64,000 nucleotides of DNA, taken from positions 3,040,001 to 3,104,000 of the forward strand of contig CBDBDQ010000005.1 of NCBI GenBank assembly GCA_965203905.1, in the 5' to 3' direction. Under the pieces are notes generated by a model. The model made no database searches, had not been told where the DNA came from, and was given only the letters and a program-made list of their open reading frames with translations. The position numbers and the translations under genes were made by a program. Source of the DNA: Spirochaetia bacterium. GTDB lineage: Bacteria > Spirochaetota > Spirochaetia > SZUA-6 > Bin103. Shown here piece after piece: positions 39,136-49,410 of this stretch (positions are counted from its first letter, which is position 1; every line of letters begins with the position of its first letter).

Positions 39136-39870
39136 ATGGTTCCCAATCAGATTCTGCAGCGCGTAGCCCACGGTGAGAAGGCGCTCGGGTTGCATCTCAC
39201 CGAGCCGTCCGGGCTGCTGGTGGAGCTGGCCGGACGCTGCGGACTCGATTTCGTGAACTTCGACGCCCAGCACTCGCCGGTGACGCCGGCCGACATCGGC
39301 GAGATGTGCCGCATCGCCGACCCCTACGGCGTGACCGTCGCCCTGCGCATTCCGGACGGCGCCGAGAGCACCATCCTCAGCTATCTGGATCGCGGCGCGC
39401 GCCTGATCATCGTGCCCAATCTGCTGACCGCGGCGGAGGCCGCGGAGCTGGTCAAGTACAGCTACTTCGCCCCGCTGGGACTGCGCAGCGCCACCAGCAT
39501 CGCCACCATGCACGGCCAGGTGGACGGCGATCACGTGGGCCTGTTCCAGGAGGTGAACGCCAACACCATGGTCGTGCCGCAACTGGAGAGCATCGTCTCC
39601 CTGGAGAACCTGGACCAGATTCTGGCGGTGGACGGCATCGACTACTTCGGCGAGGGACCCGAGGACATGGCGCAGAGCCTGGGGCTGACCGGAGAACCGC
39701 AGCACCCGCGGGTGGCGGAGACCTACGCCAGGATCGACGAGAAGCTGCACGCGGCCGGCAAGCGGATGCTGTCGGAGGTGACCGAGAGCATCCCCGTGTT
39801 CAACCTTGCCAAGCAGACGATCGCCGAGCTGCTGGAGAAGCACGGCCGGCCGAACAAGCTCGGCTGGTAG
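39136..39870 (+). CDS. HpcH/HpaI aldolase family protein
   Basis: GLDFV.FDAQH, LDRGA..IIVP, YFAPLGLR, PQLE, GPEDMAQSLG. Confidence 0.88.
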   Translation: MVPNQILQRVAHGEKALGLHLTEPSGLLVELAGRCGLDFVNFDAQHSPVTPADIGEMCRIADPYGVTVALRIPDGAESTILSYLDRGARLIIVPNLLTAAEAAELVKYSYFAPLGLRSATSIATMHGQVDGDHVGLFQEVNANTMVVPQLESIVSLENLDQILAVDGIDYFGEGPEDMAQSLGLTGEPQHPRVAETYARIDEKLHAAGKRMLSEVTESIPVFNLAKQTIAELLEKHGRPNKLGW

Positions 39871-39871
39871 C

Positions 39872-40798
39872 ATGAGCGACGCCGAACGTGCGGCCGCGTG
39901 GCGCCGCGACGGATACCTCATGGTGCGCGACGCCCTGGCTCCGGAGTACCTGGATCCGATTCGCGCCTTCATCGCCGAACGGGTGGATGCGTTCGCCCGG
40001 GAGCGGCGCGCGGCGGGCGAGATCGCCGCGCTGCACGAGCGGGAGCCGTTCGGCCGCCGCTACGCCGCCATCCACGAGGAGCTGTCCGGGAGTGAGCAGC
40101 CGCGGCAGCCCCTGTTCGCCGCCGGCGACCTGTGTACCCGCGGGCTGTACGACCTCTACACCCACCCGGCGATCACCGAGGTGCTGCGGGTGATCGTCGG
40201 TCCGGAGGTGACCCTGCACGGCATCTCGGTGATCCGGGTCAAGCTGCCGGAGGACTCGCAAGCGGCGATTCCGTGGCACCAGGACAGCCACTACTACAAT
40301 GAGCACAAGCGCGGCAGGTTCGAGGCCAGCACCGAGCACATGCGGGTCGTGACCACCTGGGTGCCGCTGGTGGATTCCAATCTCGACAACGGCTGCCTGT
40401 GGGTCATCCCCGGCAGCCACCGCTGGGGTTTCCTCTCCGGCGCCCGCGGCGCCAGCGGCCACGTGCTGATCCCGGAGGACGTGGAGCGGCGCGGCAACCC
40501 CACGCCGCTGCCGATGCGGCCCGGCGACCTGGTGTTCCTGACCAACCTGACGCTGCATGCCAGCACGGTGAACCGCACTGACCGCGTGCGCTGGAGTCAC
40601 GACTTCCGCTTTCACCCGACGGCGGCGGCGACGCCGCCCGGCACCGCGGAGCGCGAGGCGACCGATTACCTGGACGCCAAGTCGCGCAGTTACGGCACCG
40701 AGCCGCTGCGCGTGCTCAGTGCAGGCCCCACGCCGACCTGGGAGGAGTGGGAGCAGACCAGCCGCGCGCGCCGGGAGGCCCTGGCGCGGCCGGCGTAG
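39872..40798 (+). CDS. PhyH family Fe(II)/2OG dioxygenase
   Basis: RDGYLMV, PWHQDS, TWVPL, NGCLWVIPGSH, LHAS..N…RWS.D.R. Confidence 0.92.
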   Translation: MSDAERAAAWRRDGYLMVRDALAPEYLDPIRAFIAERVDAFARERRAAGEIAALHEREPFGRRYAAIHEELSGSEQPRQPLFAAGDLCTRGLYDLYTHPAITEVLRVIVGPEVTLHGISVIRVKLPEDSQAAIPWHQDSHYYNEHKRGRFEASTEHMRVVTTWVPLVDSNLDNGCLWVIPGSHRWGFLSGARGASGHVLIPEDVERRGNPTPLPMRPGDLVFLTNLTLHASTVNRTDRVRWSHDFRFHPTAAATPPGTAEREATDYLDAKSRSYGTEPLRVLSAGPTPTWEEWEQTSRARREALARPA

Positions 40799-40809
40799 GG
40801 AGGAGACAC

Positions 40810-41751
40810 ATGGCAGACAGAATCGGCTCCGGAGAGTTCACCTACGAGGTGGAGACCGCGTGGGCGCGGTTGCCCGACGGGTGGATCATCAAGGACACCC
40901 CCGACGTGCTGGTCGACGACGCGCACGACCGGGTGTACCTGTTCACCCGCTGGAAGCATCCGATAATGGTGTTCGACCGCGCCGGCAACTTCGTCACCAG
41001 TTGGGGCTCCGACATCTTCACCAAGGCGCACGGGCTGACCATGGGCCCCGACGGCCACCTCTACTGCGTGGACGCGTTCGGCCACTGCGTGCGCGAGTGC
41101 ACCACCAAGGGCGAGGTGCTGCGGGTATGGGGGACGCCGGACCGCAGCTCCGGCCACTACAGCGGCAAGCCGTTCAATGGACCCACCAAGGTGGCCTTCG
41201 ATCCGCACACCGCCGACATGTACGTCGCCGACGGCTACGGCAACGCGCGGGTGCACAAGTACTCCGCCGCCGGCGACTACCTGTTCTCCTGGGGCGAGCC
41301 GGGGCAGGGACCGGGACAGTTCAACCTGGTGCACAGCGTGCAGACCGATCGCGCGGGCAATGTCTACGTCGCCAGCCGCGAGGGGCACCGGGTGCAGGTG
41401 TTCGACCGCGACGGCACCTACCGCAGCGAGTGGACCGCCGGCGTGCACCGCCCCAACGGCTTCTTCATCTCGGCCGGCGGCCGCGACCGGGAGCTGGTCT
41501 ACGTCGGCGAGGCGGGGACCGGCTTCCCCGAGAACGCCGGGATCCGCGGCTTCGGCGAGTGCCTGGCCATCTTCGAGCTCGACGGCACCTGCCTGGCCCG
41601 CCTCTACCACGACTCGCCGCTCATGAAGGGGCCGCACGGCATCGGGGTCGACGCCGAGGGCAACGTCTACCTGACCCAGGTGCTGTGGGGCAAGGGTCCC
41701 TGGATCGACCCCATGGACCAGCAGATGATGATCCGCCTGCGCCGGGTGTAG
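40810..41751 (+). CDS. Peptidyl-alpha-hydroxyglycine alpha-amidating lyase (PAL)-like NHL-repeat protein
   Basis: AHGL, VADGYGNARVHKY, QFNLVHS, SREGHRVQVF, PHGI; GGAGGAG SD. Confidence 0.88.
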   Translation: MADRIGSGEFTYEVETAWARLPDGWIIKDTPDVLVDDAHDRVYLFTRWKHPIMVFDRAGNFVTSWGSDIFTKAHGLTMGPDGHLYCVDAFGHCVRECTTKGEVLRVWGTPDRSSGHYSGKPFNGPTKVAFDPHTADMYVADGYGNARVHKYSAAGDYLFSWGEPGQGPGQFNLVHSVQTDRAGNVYVASREGHRVQVFDRDGTYRSEWTAGVHRPNGFFISAGGRDRELVYVGEAGTGFPENAGIRGFGECLAIFELDGTCLARLYHDSPLMKGPHGIGVDAEGNVYLTQVLWGKGPWIDPMDQQMMIRLRRV

Positions 41752-41812
41752 CCTTCACACGACCCTCCTGCCCGCGGGGTCGCAACGGGTCGCCTCGCCT
41801 TGCGGCCCGATC

Positions 41813-41842
41813 TTGACAGGTAGCTTGAGCGCGCGGTAAAAG
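41813..41842 (+). promoter_or_regulatory. Possible sigma70 promoter for the oppBC-like pair
   Basis: TTGACA-18 bp-TAAAAG shortly before the ATG at 41858. Confidence 0.35.
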
Positions 41843-41857
41843 AACCCGCTTTACCAA

Positions 41858-42847
41858 ATGCGCGCGTACCTGATCAGGCGATTGCTGCTGGTCATCCCGA
41901 CCGTTTTCATCATCACGCTCATCATCTTCTTCCTGATGCGCATGGTGCCCGGCGATATCGTCGACGACCTGGTCTGGCAGATGGAGGAGGCCGGGACCAT
42001 CTCCGAGGTGGACGAGGACCTGCTGCGGGCACACTACGGCCTGGGTGAACCGGCGGTGATCCAGTACGGTCGGTTCCTCGGGATTACGCCGCAGAAGAAC
42101 GGCAAATTCGCCGGGCTGTTGCAGGGAGACCTCGGCGTGTCGTGGAAGCAGCGGCGTCCGGTGACCGAGATGATCGGCGAGAAGCTGGCGGTCACCTTCG
42201 AGCTGGGGCTGCTCAGCTTCATCCTGGCGCAGTTGATCTCGCTGCCGATCGGCATCATCTCGGCGCTGCGCCAGAACACGCTGGCCGACTACGTGGGCCG
42301 CAGCTTCGCGATCGTCTTCATTTCCTTCCCCAGCTTCTGGGTCGCCACGATGGTGATCGTCTTTCCCGGCCTGTGGTGGGGTTATCTGCCGCCGGTGCGG
42401 TGGACGCCGTTCCTGGACAACCCGATGAAGAACCTGAACGGCGTCTGGGTGCCGGCGCTGGTGTCGGCGTTGCTGATGGGCGGCGGCATGATGCGCTGGG
42501 TACGCACCATGATGCTGGAAGTGCTGCGCCAGGACTACATCAGGACCGCCTGGTCGAAGGGCCTCGTGGAGACGCTGGTGGTGGCCCGGCACGCGCTCAA
42601 GAACACCATGATCCCGGTGGTCACGATCATGGGACTGCAGATACCAATCCTTATCGGGGGCAATATCATCATCGAGCAGATCTTCAACCTGCCGGGCATG
42701 GGCTTCATGACGATCACCGCGCTCAACACGCGCGACTATCCGCTGGTCAGCGGCATCATGATCGTCCTCTCGTTCGGCATCGTGCTGATCAACGTGATAA
42801 CCGACATCATGTACGGGGTCCTGGATCCCAAGGTGCAGTACGACTAG
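41858..42847 (+). CDS. Peptide/nickel ABC permease (OppB/DppB-like)
   Basis: YLIRRLL, VPGD, GDLGVS, DYIRTAWSKGL, RDYP. Confidence 0.93.
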   Translation: MRAYLIRRLLLVIPTVFIITLIIFFLMRMVPGDIVDDLVWQMEEAGTISEVDEDLLRAHYGLGEPAVIQYGRFLGITPQKNGKFAGLLQGDLGVSWKQRRPVTEMIGEKLAVTFELGLLSFILAQLISLPIGIISALRQNTLADYVGRSFAIVFISFPSFWVATMVIVFPGLWWGYLPPVRWTPFLDNPMKNLNGVWVPALVSALLMGGGMMRWVRTMMLEVLRQDYIRTAWSKGLVETLVVARHALKNTMIPVVTIMGLQIPILIGGNIIIEQIFNLPGMGFMTITALNTRDYPLVSGIMIVLSFGIVLINVITDIMYGVLDPKVQYD

Positions 42848-42849
42848 CC

Positions 42850-43818
42850 ATGGCTGATGCCAATGTAGCCCGTACCCTGGCGACCGAGACCAAGGAGCCG
42901 AACAAGCTCGGCGGTTTCTTCAAGAAGCTGTTCCGGCATCACCCGCTGGGGGCGTTCGGCCTGGTGATCACGGTGTCGTTCCTGCTGACGGCGGTGTTCG
43001 CGGAGACGATAGCGCCGTACGACATGAACGCCTCCGACATCAAGCGACGGCTGCAGGCGCCGAGCCGGGAGTTCCTGCTGGGCACCGACCTGATCGGCCG
43101 CGACATGTTCAGCCGCATCATCATCGGCACCCGCACCTCGCTGACCATCGGCCTGGCGGCGGCGGCGGGGTCGGTCATGATCGCGCTGGTCATGGGGATT
43201 CTTTCGGCCTACCTGGGCGGCATCGTGGACATGGCCGTGCAGCGCTTCGTGGACGCGTGGATGTGCATACCGGGCCTGTCCATCCTGCTGGTGATCGTGT
43301 CCATCACCGGAACCTCGATACCGGCGATGATATTCATCCTCTCGCTGGGGGGAATCGTCGGCTCCCGGCTGATTCGCAGCACGGTGATCCGTATCAGGGA
43401 GGACATGTACCTGGCGGCGGCCACGGCCATCGGCAGCGGCACGCTGCGGATACTGCTGCGCCACGTGCTGCCCAACATCCTCGCGCCCACCATCGTCGCC
43501 TTCACCGGGAGCGTGCCGGGGATGATCCTGGCGGAAGCGGGACTGAGCTTTCTCGGCTTCGGCCTGGGGCCGCCCACGCCGAGCTGGGGTGCGATGCTCA
43601 GCGGGCAGGTGCGCTTCCACATGTTCGAGGCGCCGCACCTGGTAATCTGGCCCGGCGTGGCGCTGGGGCTGGTGGTGTACGGCACCAACATGTTCGGCGA
43701 CGCCCTGCGCGACATCCTGGACCCGCGGCTGCGCGGCGGCGGCGGCCGCTTCAGCGGCACCGCGGCCCAGCGCAAGGTACAGCAGCAGAAAGCCGGAGAG
43801 TCGGCCAAGCGCTCCTGA
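42850..43818 (+). CDS. Peptide/nickel ABC permease (OppC/DppC-like)
   Basis: LGTDLIGRD.FSR, RHVLPN, EAGLSFLGFG..P..SWG, GDALRD.LDPR. Confidence 0.93.
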   Translation: MADANVARTLATETKEPNKLGGFFKKLFRHHPLGAFGLVITVSFLLTAVFAETIAPYDMNASDIKRRLQAPSREFLLGTDLIGRDMFSRIIIGTRTSLTIGLAAAAGSVMIALVMGILSAYLGGIVDMAVQRFVDAWMCIPGLSILLVIVSITGTSIPAMIFILSLGGIVGSRLIRSTVIRIREDMYLAAATAIGSGTLRILLRHVLPNILAPTIVAFTGSVPGMILAEAGLSFLGFGLGPPTPSWGAMLSGQVRFHMFEAPHLVIWPGVALGLVVYGTNMFGDALRDILDPRLRGGGGRFSGTAAQRKVQQQKAGESAKRS

Positions 43819-43893
43819 GATACCCGCACTACCTGCAACTACGATACGACGCACAATTGTGCGCTGGCTGAGCCGGCGCCTGACGCCTCCGGC

Positions 43894-44598
43894 TCACACT
43901 CCCGCTCGGAATACCTTGGGCGTAGTGCCGGTCCACCGCTGAAAGGCGCGGTAGAAGGAGCTCGGCTTGTCATAGCCGAGCAGGAATGAAATCTCCTCTG
44001 CGGCCAGATTCGTATTGGCCAGGTAGTGACGCGCCAGCTTCTCCCGTGTGTCTGCCACGATCGCCTGGAAGGTGGCGCCTTCGTCGCGCAGACGCCGCTG
44101 CATGCTCCTCTGTCCCATCCCGAGTCGTCGTGCTACCTCTACCACGTTTGCGTTTCCACTCGGCAACGTATCCAGGAGAAACGTATGGACGCGTTCGGAC
44201 GTGTCGGCGCTGTCGTCCAGATCAGCGAGCCGCAGCCGCAGATACGGCTCATACATCTCCCACCTCTGCTCGGTCTCCGTGAGGAACGGTCGCCGAGCGT
44301 CCGCGGCTGACAAAGTGAGCGAGAACGCATCGCCAGGCAGGACGCGTACCCCGAAGAAGGCAGCGAACACTTCCGGGGACCTGCACGTGCCCCGAAACTC
44401 CACGCGCAGCGGGACGATTTTGGAGCGGGTGGCCTTGCGCGCCAGCTCGACCACCAACGCGACCTTGATCTCGCCCATCACTGCGGGGAGCACGGGTCGT
44501 CCGAGACACGAGAACGTGACCACCGTGCTGCGTCCTCCCACATCGACGTCTATCACCAGCGGACTGAAGAGCTTCTCGTACGCGGCGATGCGCAAGCT
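43894..44598 (-). pseudogene. AraC family regulator (OruR/GbdR-like), 5' truncated
   Basis: VARRLGMGQRSMQRRL..EG…EISFLLGY..PSSFYRAF.RWTG.TP. It begins abruptly inside the N-terminal domain with no SD or start context. Confidence 0.78.
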
Positions 44599-44600
44599 CC

Positions 44601-47291
44601 CTGGTCGTCTACGCCGAGTCCGACGACGAGGTCACCCTCGCGCAACTCGCGGAGCGCGAGCTCCCCAGTCTGCGCGACCAGGTTGGAGACGCGGAGACGG
44701 TCGATCTCAACGTCTACTTCGTGGGGTTTCCCGCGGAGCTCTCCGGTCAACTGGAGCAGGCGGTCGCCGAGCGGCTCGGGGCCTTGAGCATCGTCGACAC
44801 CAAGCCATGGTGGATTCCGCGCATGCCGCTGTTCGGTCAAGCGGAGTTCGACACCGCGCCGGCCCCGGAATCACTGCCCGCGGCGCTCATCCCGCCGGAC
44901 GGACTGATCCGCTATGAGGGCGGCTCGTTGACCAGGGGCACCAACCCGGCCACCGGCGCAGCCACGTGGCTGCCGAACCGCGAGATCAACGAGTCGGTCG
45001 ATGACTGGCACCACCACAACGACATCGTCTACTACATGGAGCACGGCGGCGCCTACACCGGGGTTGCCTGGAAGATCGAGGAGTTGGCGTTTTCGCACCT
45101 GCCGGCCGCAACGCTGGCCGATCTCTACCCATTGCTGCGCGCCTCGCAGGTCGAATACGCATCCCGCAATCCTCAACAGACGTTCCAGCTCTACTCGTAC
45201 AACCGGCTCATGGACTGGCTCGACGGGAACGTGGAGATCGAGGAGCGGCGCGGCGGCGCAACCCTGGTATTCCTCAACCTGCCCTCGCTGGCGGCGGCGC
45301 CCTACTCCTTCTACACCGAGCCGCAGGAGGACCGGTACGCGGTGCGGGCGACCGCGCCGGCGGAAGTCCAGTACCCGGAGGTGACGGCCGCCGATCCGAG
45401 CTACCAGCAGGCCGCCGACGTGATGGCCGCGGCGCTCGGCGGTGGGCTCACCCAGGCCAAGATGCTGGCAGCGCTTGAGGTCGTCTGCCCCAGGACCACG
45501 ACCGTGGCCCAGGCCGGGCTGGCGGTTCCCGGCGCCGCGGACGCACAGTCGATCTGCGAGCAGTGGCAGCTCGAGCCGATCCCCAACCTGCTCGGCAACA
45601 AGATGCGGCGCTACTACGTCTCCGACAGCACGCGCGAGCTGGCCCGGTTCGCCGCCGGGGACGTGGAGGCGAGCGACCTGGTCGACCGCGTCGCCGGCAA
45701 TGCCTACGAGCTCTACCGCTACGGCGTGCTGCAGCCATCGCTGCAGGCGGACAACCCGTATTCCGAGGCGTACGAGCTGCGCATGCTCGTCGTCGACCTG
45801 CGCTACGACGAGACCGACGCCTGTATCCTGAGCCGGGTGGAAGCCGGCGACGATCCGACAGCCTGCCTGTCCTCTAGCGACGGCTTCGAGACGGAGAAGA
45901 GCTACGAGCTGGCCGACGTGTTCGATGCCGAGCTCGCCACGCGCTCGCTGACGGAGTTCGTACCCGCAAGCTGGACGGTCACCACGGTGCCGTTCCCCTT
46001 CGGCATGCAGGCGGATGGCACGATCGACCGCGTCGCCGGAGCACAGGCGAAAGCGGCGCTGCGCCGCAACCTGGACCGGCCGACGTTCCCCAACCCGAGA
46101 GGCGGCGATCCGATCGTGCTGACGCACCCACCTCTCTATCGGGAGCTGAGCTTCGTCAACCCCGCCGGCGGCTTCGACACGCTGACCGCGAGCTGGGAGT
46201 TCGGCATCAGCTCCAACGTCGCCCAGACACTCTTCACCGCCGACAGGGAGGCCGGCGGCCTGGGGATCTACGAGAGGATCTGGCCCGAGGCCAAGGCGAT
46301 CGGCGAAGAGCCGTTCCACCGCACCGGCCGCGCACCGGTAAAGCCGCTGGTATTCATCCTGACCCCGCCACCGTCTGGACCGCGCGGCGAGAAATGGGGC
46401 ACGTTTCCCCACTCCCTTGCGGGCGGGATCCTGCTCACCACCTGGGGTAGCGGCGGCTGGTGGAGCTCGGTAGCCGGCAACGAGTCGGGCGGGGCCATCT
46501 TCCGCCGCGACTTCTTCACCCTGGTTCCCCAGTATTTTCTCGGCAGGGACCGCGGCAATGGCAGCGCGGATCCGATGGGCGTCATGCCGGACGGTTCGGT
46601 CCAGTCGATGCGGCGCCTCAATGGCCTGACGCACAAGGCGCTCGACATCGCCGCCATTCACTGGGTCGACCAGTTCGACTCCAGCGACCCGGCGGAGCGC
46701 GCGTTGGCACGCAGCTTCGTGCGCGAGGTCAGCACGCTGCAGGCGCTCGAGACGCTGCAGCACGGGCTCGGCTACATGCACGCACCGGAACCCCGTCGGC
46801 GCTTTCACTTCGATGGCGAGTATTCGTCGCTGCGGCGAACGTACGAGCTGGCTCAGAACCGGAGAGACCGCACCGGCGCCCTGCTGCACCGGTTCGTCAA
46901 CCAGTACACGACCCACGGCATCTCAACGGTCTGGTGCCAGTGCACCTCCGAGTGGAACGGCGTCGCGCCGCAGACGGGGATGCAGACCACGCTGTTCCGG
47001 TCGCACGCGCGTTCAGCGGTGGCAGCCGCGGAGCAGGAGTTACGCTACGCACTCGACCAGGCGGTCGGCCAGTCTTCGGTCACCGAGTCGACGGTCGAGC
47101 AGTTGCGGCGTGCGGTCGCGGCGCACGCCGCGGCGCTGGTCAGCTATGACGACTGGGAGTACGCGGCGGCGATTGCGGCGACGTGGCGGATGCTCCACCA
47201 CCTCGACCGGGCGCTCACCGCGATCGGTCAGCCGGATCGGATTCACGATCCGCTGGAGGCACTCGGCTCGTATCCCTTCGCAGTCGGGTAG
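44601..47291 (+). CDS. Large hypothetical protein (856 aa or more, 5' truncated) with a degenerate metzincin-like motif
   Basis: Open frame with coding-like GC3 bias from about 44601 (LVVYAESDDEV…VDLNVYFVGF); ETLQHGLGYMH; helical C-terminus. Confidence 0.75.
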   Translation: MVVYAESDDEVTLAQLAERELPSLRDQVGDAETVDLNVYFVGFPAELSGQLEQAVAERLGALSIVDTKPWWIPRMPLFGQAEFDTAPAPESLPAALIPPDGLIRYEGGSLTRGTNPATGAATWLPNREINESVDDWHHHNDIVYYMEHGGAYTGVAWKIEELAFSHLPAATLADLYPLLRASQVEYASRNPQQTFQLYSYNRLMDWLDGNVEIEERRGGATLVFLNLPSLAAAPYSFYTEPQEDRYAVRATAPAEVQYPEVTAADPSYQQAADVMAAALGGGLTQAKMLAALEVVCPRTTTVAQAGLAVPGAADAQSICEQWQLEPIPNLLGNKMRRYYVSDSTRELARFAAGDVEASDLVDRVAGNAYELYRYGVLQPSLQADNPYSEAYELRMLVVDLRYDETDACILSRVEAGDDPTACLSSSDGFETEKSYELADVFDAELATRSLTEFVPASWTVTTVPFPFGMQADGTIDRVAGAQAKAALRRNLDRPTFPNPRGGDPIVLTHPPLYRELSFVNPAGGFDTLTASWEFGISSNVAQTLFTADREAGGLGIYERIWPEAKAIGEEPFHRTGRAPVKPLVFILTPPPSGPRGEKWGTFPHSLAGGILLTTWGSGGWWSSVAGNESGGAIFRRDFFTLVPQYFLGRDRGNGSADPMGVMPDGSVQSMRRLNGLTHKALDIAAIHWVDQFDSSDPAERALARSFVREVSTLQALETLQHGLGYMHAPEPRRRFHFDGEYSSLRRTYELAQNRRDRTGALLHRFVNQYTTHGISTVWCQCTSEWNGVAPQTGMQTTLFRSHARSAVAAAEQELRYALDQAVGQSSVTESTVEQLRRAVAAHAAALVSYDDWEYAAAIAATWRMLHHLDRALTAIGQPDRIHDPLEALGSYPFAVG

Positions 47292-47477
47292 CCGGCGACC
47301 CGTGTGCGTGCGGGCAAAAGGGGATTCGCCGTGCGCCCCTGCATTGGCCTGCAGGCCTGTCTGGCCTGCACTGGGCTGCTCTGCCTGCTGCCTGCGCTGC
47401 CCCATCAGGTGGACACGGAGCGGTCGGTTCCATACTGGATGGGTTCAGATTCTGACATATTCCTTAAGGAGGAATAG

Positions 47478-49199
47478 ATGAAGAAAGTGATGCTGCTGGT
47501 GCTGATGCTTGCACTGGCAACCACGATGGCGTTCGCCGCCGGCGAAGAAGAGGCCAGCGCTCCGGCTGCCATGGCGGCCGACGGTGAGCCGACCTACGGC
47601 GGCACCTTCACCATAGCGCCGCGCGCCGGCAACAAGCCGGGCAGCCCCGATCCGGCGGACCAGAACGGCGGTCGGACCTGGTACACCTCGCTGATCCAGG
47701 AAACACCGATGATCGGTGACTTCGAGAAGTACGGACCGCGCGGCAGCAACGACTGGGACTTCAAGCTGATCGGTGCGATTCCCGAGAAGTACTGGAAGGG
47801 CCTGCTGATCACGGATTGGGAAGTGACCCCGACCGAGATCACCTGGACCGTGCGCGAGGGCATCAACTGGGCTCCCAACGAGCAGCAGCAGTCGTGGATG
47901 TCGGTCAGGGAGCTGACCGCCGAGGACATCGTGTCCGACCTGCTGCACTGGAAGAACGGCCCGGAGGGCGCGAGTTGGACCAACAAGGTCCAGGACATCC
48001 GCGCCGTCGGCAACCAGGTGATCATCGAGTTCGCGACCTTCGATACCTCGCTCAACCTGGAGCTCGCGGGGCGCCGGCGTTCCCACATCAGCCCGCCGGA
48101 GCTGCTCGACAAGGGCATCGGCGAGTGGGAGAACCAGCTCGGCACCGGTCCGTTCCAGTTCAAGGAGTATGTGCCGGACCAGTACTTCACGATGGTCAAG
48201 AACGAGAATTACTGGAACACCACCGTCGTCAACGGCAAGGAGTACCAGTTCCCGTTCATCGACGAGTTCGTGGTACCTATTGCGGCCGACTTCTCGTTCG
48301 AGGTCGCGGCGCTGCGTACCGGCACCGCCGACGGCGGGCCGTCGGTCTACGCACCTTCGTGGGCCGAGCTGGACCGCAACGCTCCCGACCTGATTCAGGA
48401 CCGGCTGGCGATCTCGTTCGGCGCCGCCTTCGGTCTGAACGTGAAGCGGGCACCGCTGGACAACCTCCAGGTGCGTCGCGCGCTGTTCATCTGCACCGAC
48501 GTGGAGGCGTTCAACGGCATCACCGACCCGAGCGGGCTGATGGAGCCGGGGGCGCTGCCGGTGCACTGGTGGCCGATCTTCCCGTCGCTGAAGAACATGT
48601 ACACCCCGATCAGCGAGCTGCCGCCAGAAGTGGCGGAGCTGTATTCCAACGATCCCGAGCTGGCCAAGAAGATCCTGGCCGAGGAAGGCTACGCGGACGG
48701 CTTCGAGCTGGACACGACGAACGTCGGCGGCGGCCGCAGCGAGCTGTGGGCCGATCAGTTGGCACGCTGTAACGTCACCGTCAACATCTCCGGTCTGACC
48801 GGTGCGGCGGTGCGCGAGAAGATCAGGAACCACGACTACCACGTGACGCGGCACGCCTATGGCGCGGGTAACCCCGTGCTGGACATGCCCAACAACTGGT
48901 CCTCCTGGCGCGTGCGTGACCTCAACCAGTGGAGCGACGACACCTTCGACGGCATGATGAGGGACATGGCGGGCGAGACCAACCCGGATGCGCAGGCGGC
49001 GATCATCAAGGAAGCCGCGGTCTACCTGCTGAGCCAGGCGCTCGACATTCCGCACGGCGTGAAGGCGATCTCGCAGGCGTGGTGGCCGTGGGTCAACAAC
49101 TACTACGGTGAGTTCCGCTGGATCCACGACGATACCTACCTGCAGCCGTACGGCTGGGTCTGGATCGATCAGGACCTGAAGAAGTCGATGGGCTACTAA
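47478..49199 (+). CDS. ABC substrate-binding protein, family 5
   Basis: TAAGGAGG SD; signal peptide; EPTYGGT, VREGINW, RELTAEDI, GTGPF, VRRAL. Confidence 0.92.
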   Translation: MKKVMLLVLMLALATTMAFAAGEEEASAPAAMAADGEPTYGGTFTIAPRAGNKPGSPDPADQNGGRTWYTSLIQETPMIGDFEKYGPRGSNDWDFKLIGAIPEKYWKGLLITDWEVTPTEITWTVREGINWAPNEQQQSWMSVRELTAEDIVSDLLHWKNGPEGASWTNKVQDIRAVGNQVIIEFATFDTSLNLELAGRRRSHISPPELLDKGIGEWENQLGTGPFQFKEYVPDQYFTMVKNENYWNTTVVNGKEYQFPFIDEFVVPIAADFSFEVAALRTGTADGGPSVYAPSWAELDRNAPDLIQDRLAISFGAAFGLNVKRAPLDNLQVRRALFICTDVEAFNGITDPSGLMEPGALPVHWWPIFPSLKNMYTPISELPPEVAELYSNDPELAKKILAEEGYADGFELDTTNVGGGRSELWADQLARCNVTVNISGLTGAAVREKIRNHDYHVTRHAYGAGNPVLDMPNNWSSWRVRDLNQWSDDTFDGMMRDMAGETNPDAQAAIIKEAAVYLLSQALDIPHGVKAISQAWWPWVNNYYGEFRWIHDDTYLQPYGWVWIDQDLKKSMGY

Positions 49200-49244
49200 G
49201 CGTTCGTTGCGCGACTCTGCGTAGTGGTGTCGCAATCGAACCTG

Positions 49245-49279
49245 AGGAGGGCTTGGCTTAGGCTGAGCCCTCCTTTTTG
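49245..49279 (+). terminator. Rho-independent terminator after the SBP gene
   Basis: GGAGGGCTTGGC-ttag-GCTGAGCCCTCC followed by TTTTT. Confidence 0.75.
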
Positions 49280-49410
49280 TACTGAACGCGGCCCTTTCGT
49301 CCAGTTGGGAGGTTCCAAGTGATCGGACTACACACCACGGGATATCCGTGTGGCGACCGATCGGCGGACGCGTGGTTTCTTGGTCCGAAGCAACTTGGCA
49401 GGAGGCGGCG

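Noticed and set aside
47330-47405. GCCTGC-rich low-complexity stretch upstream of the SBP gene; also (CCGGTTTG)-like repeats at about 58977-59000
   Set aside because: Irregular short repeats with no consistent period or recognisable operator
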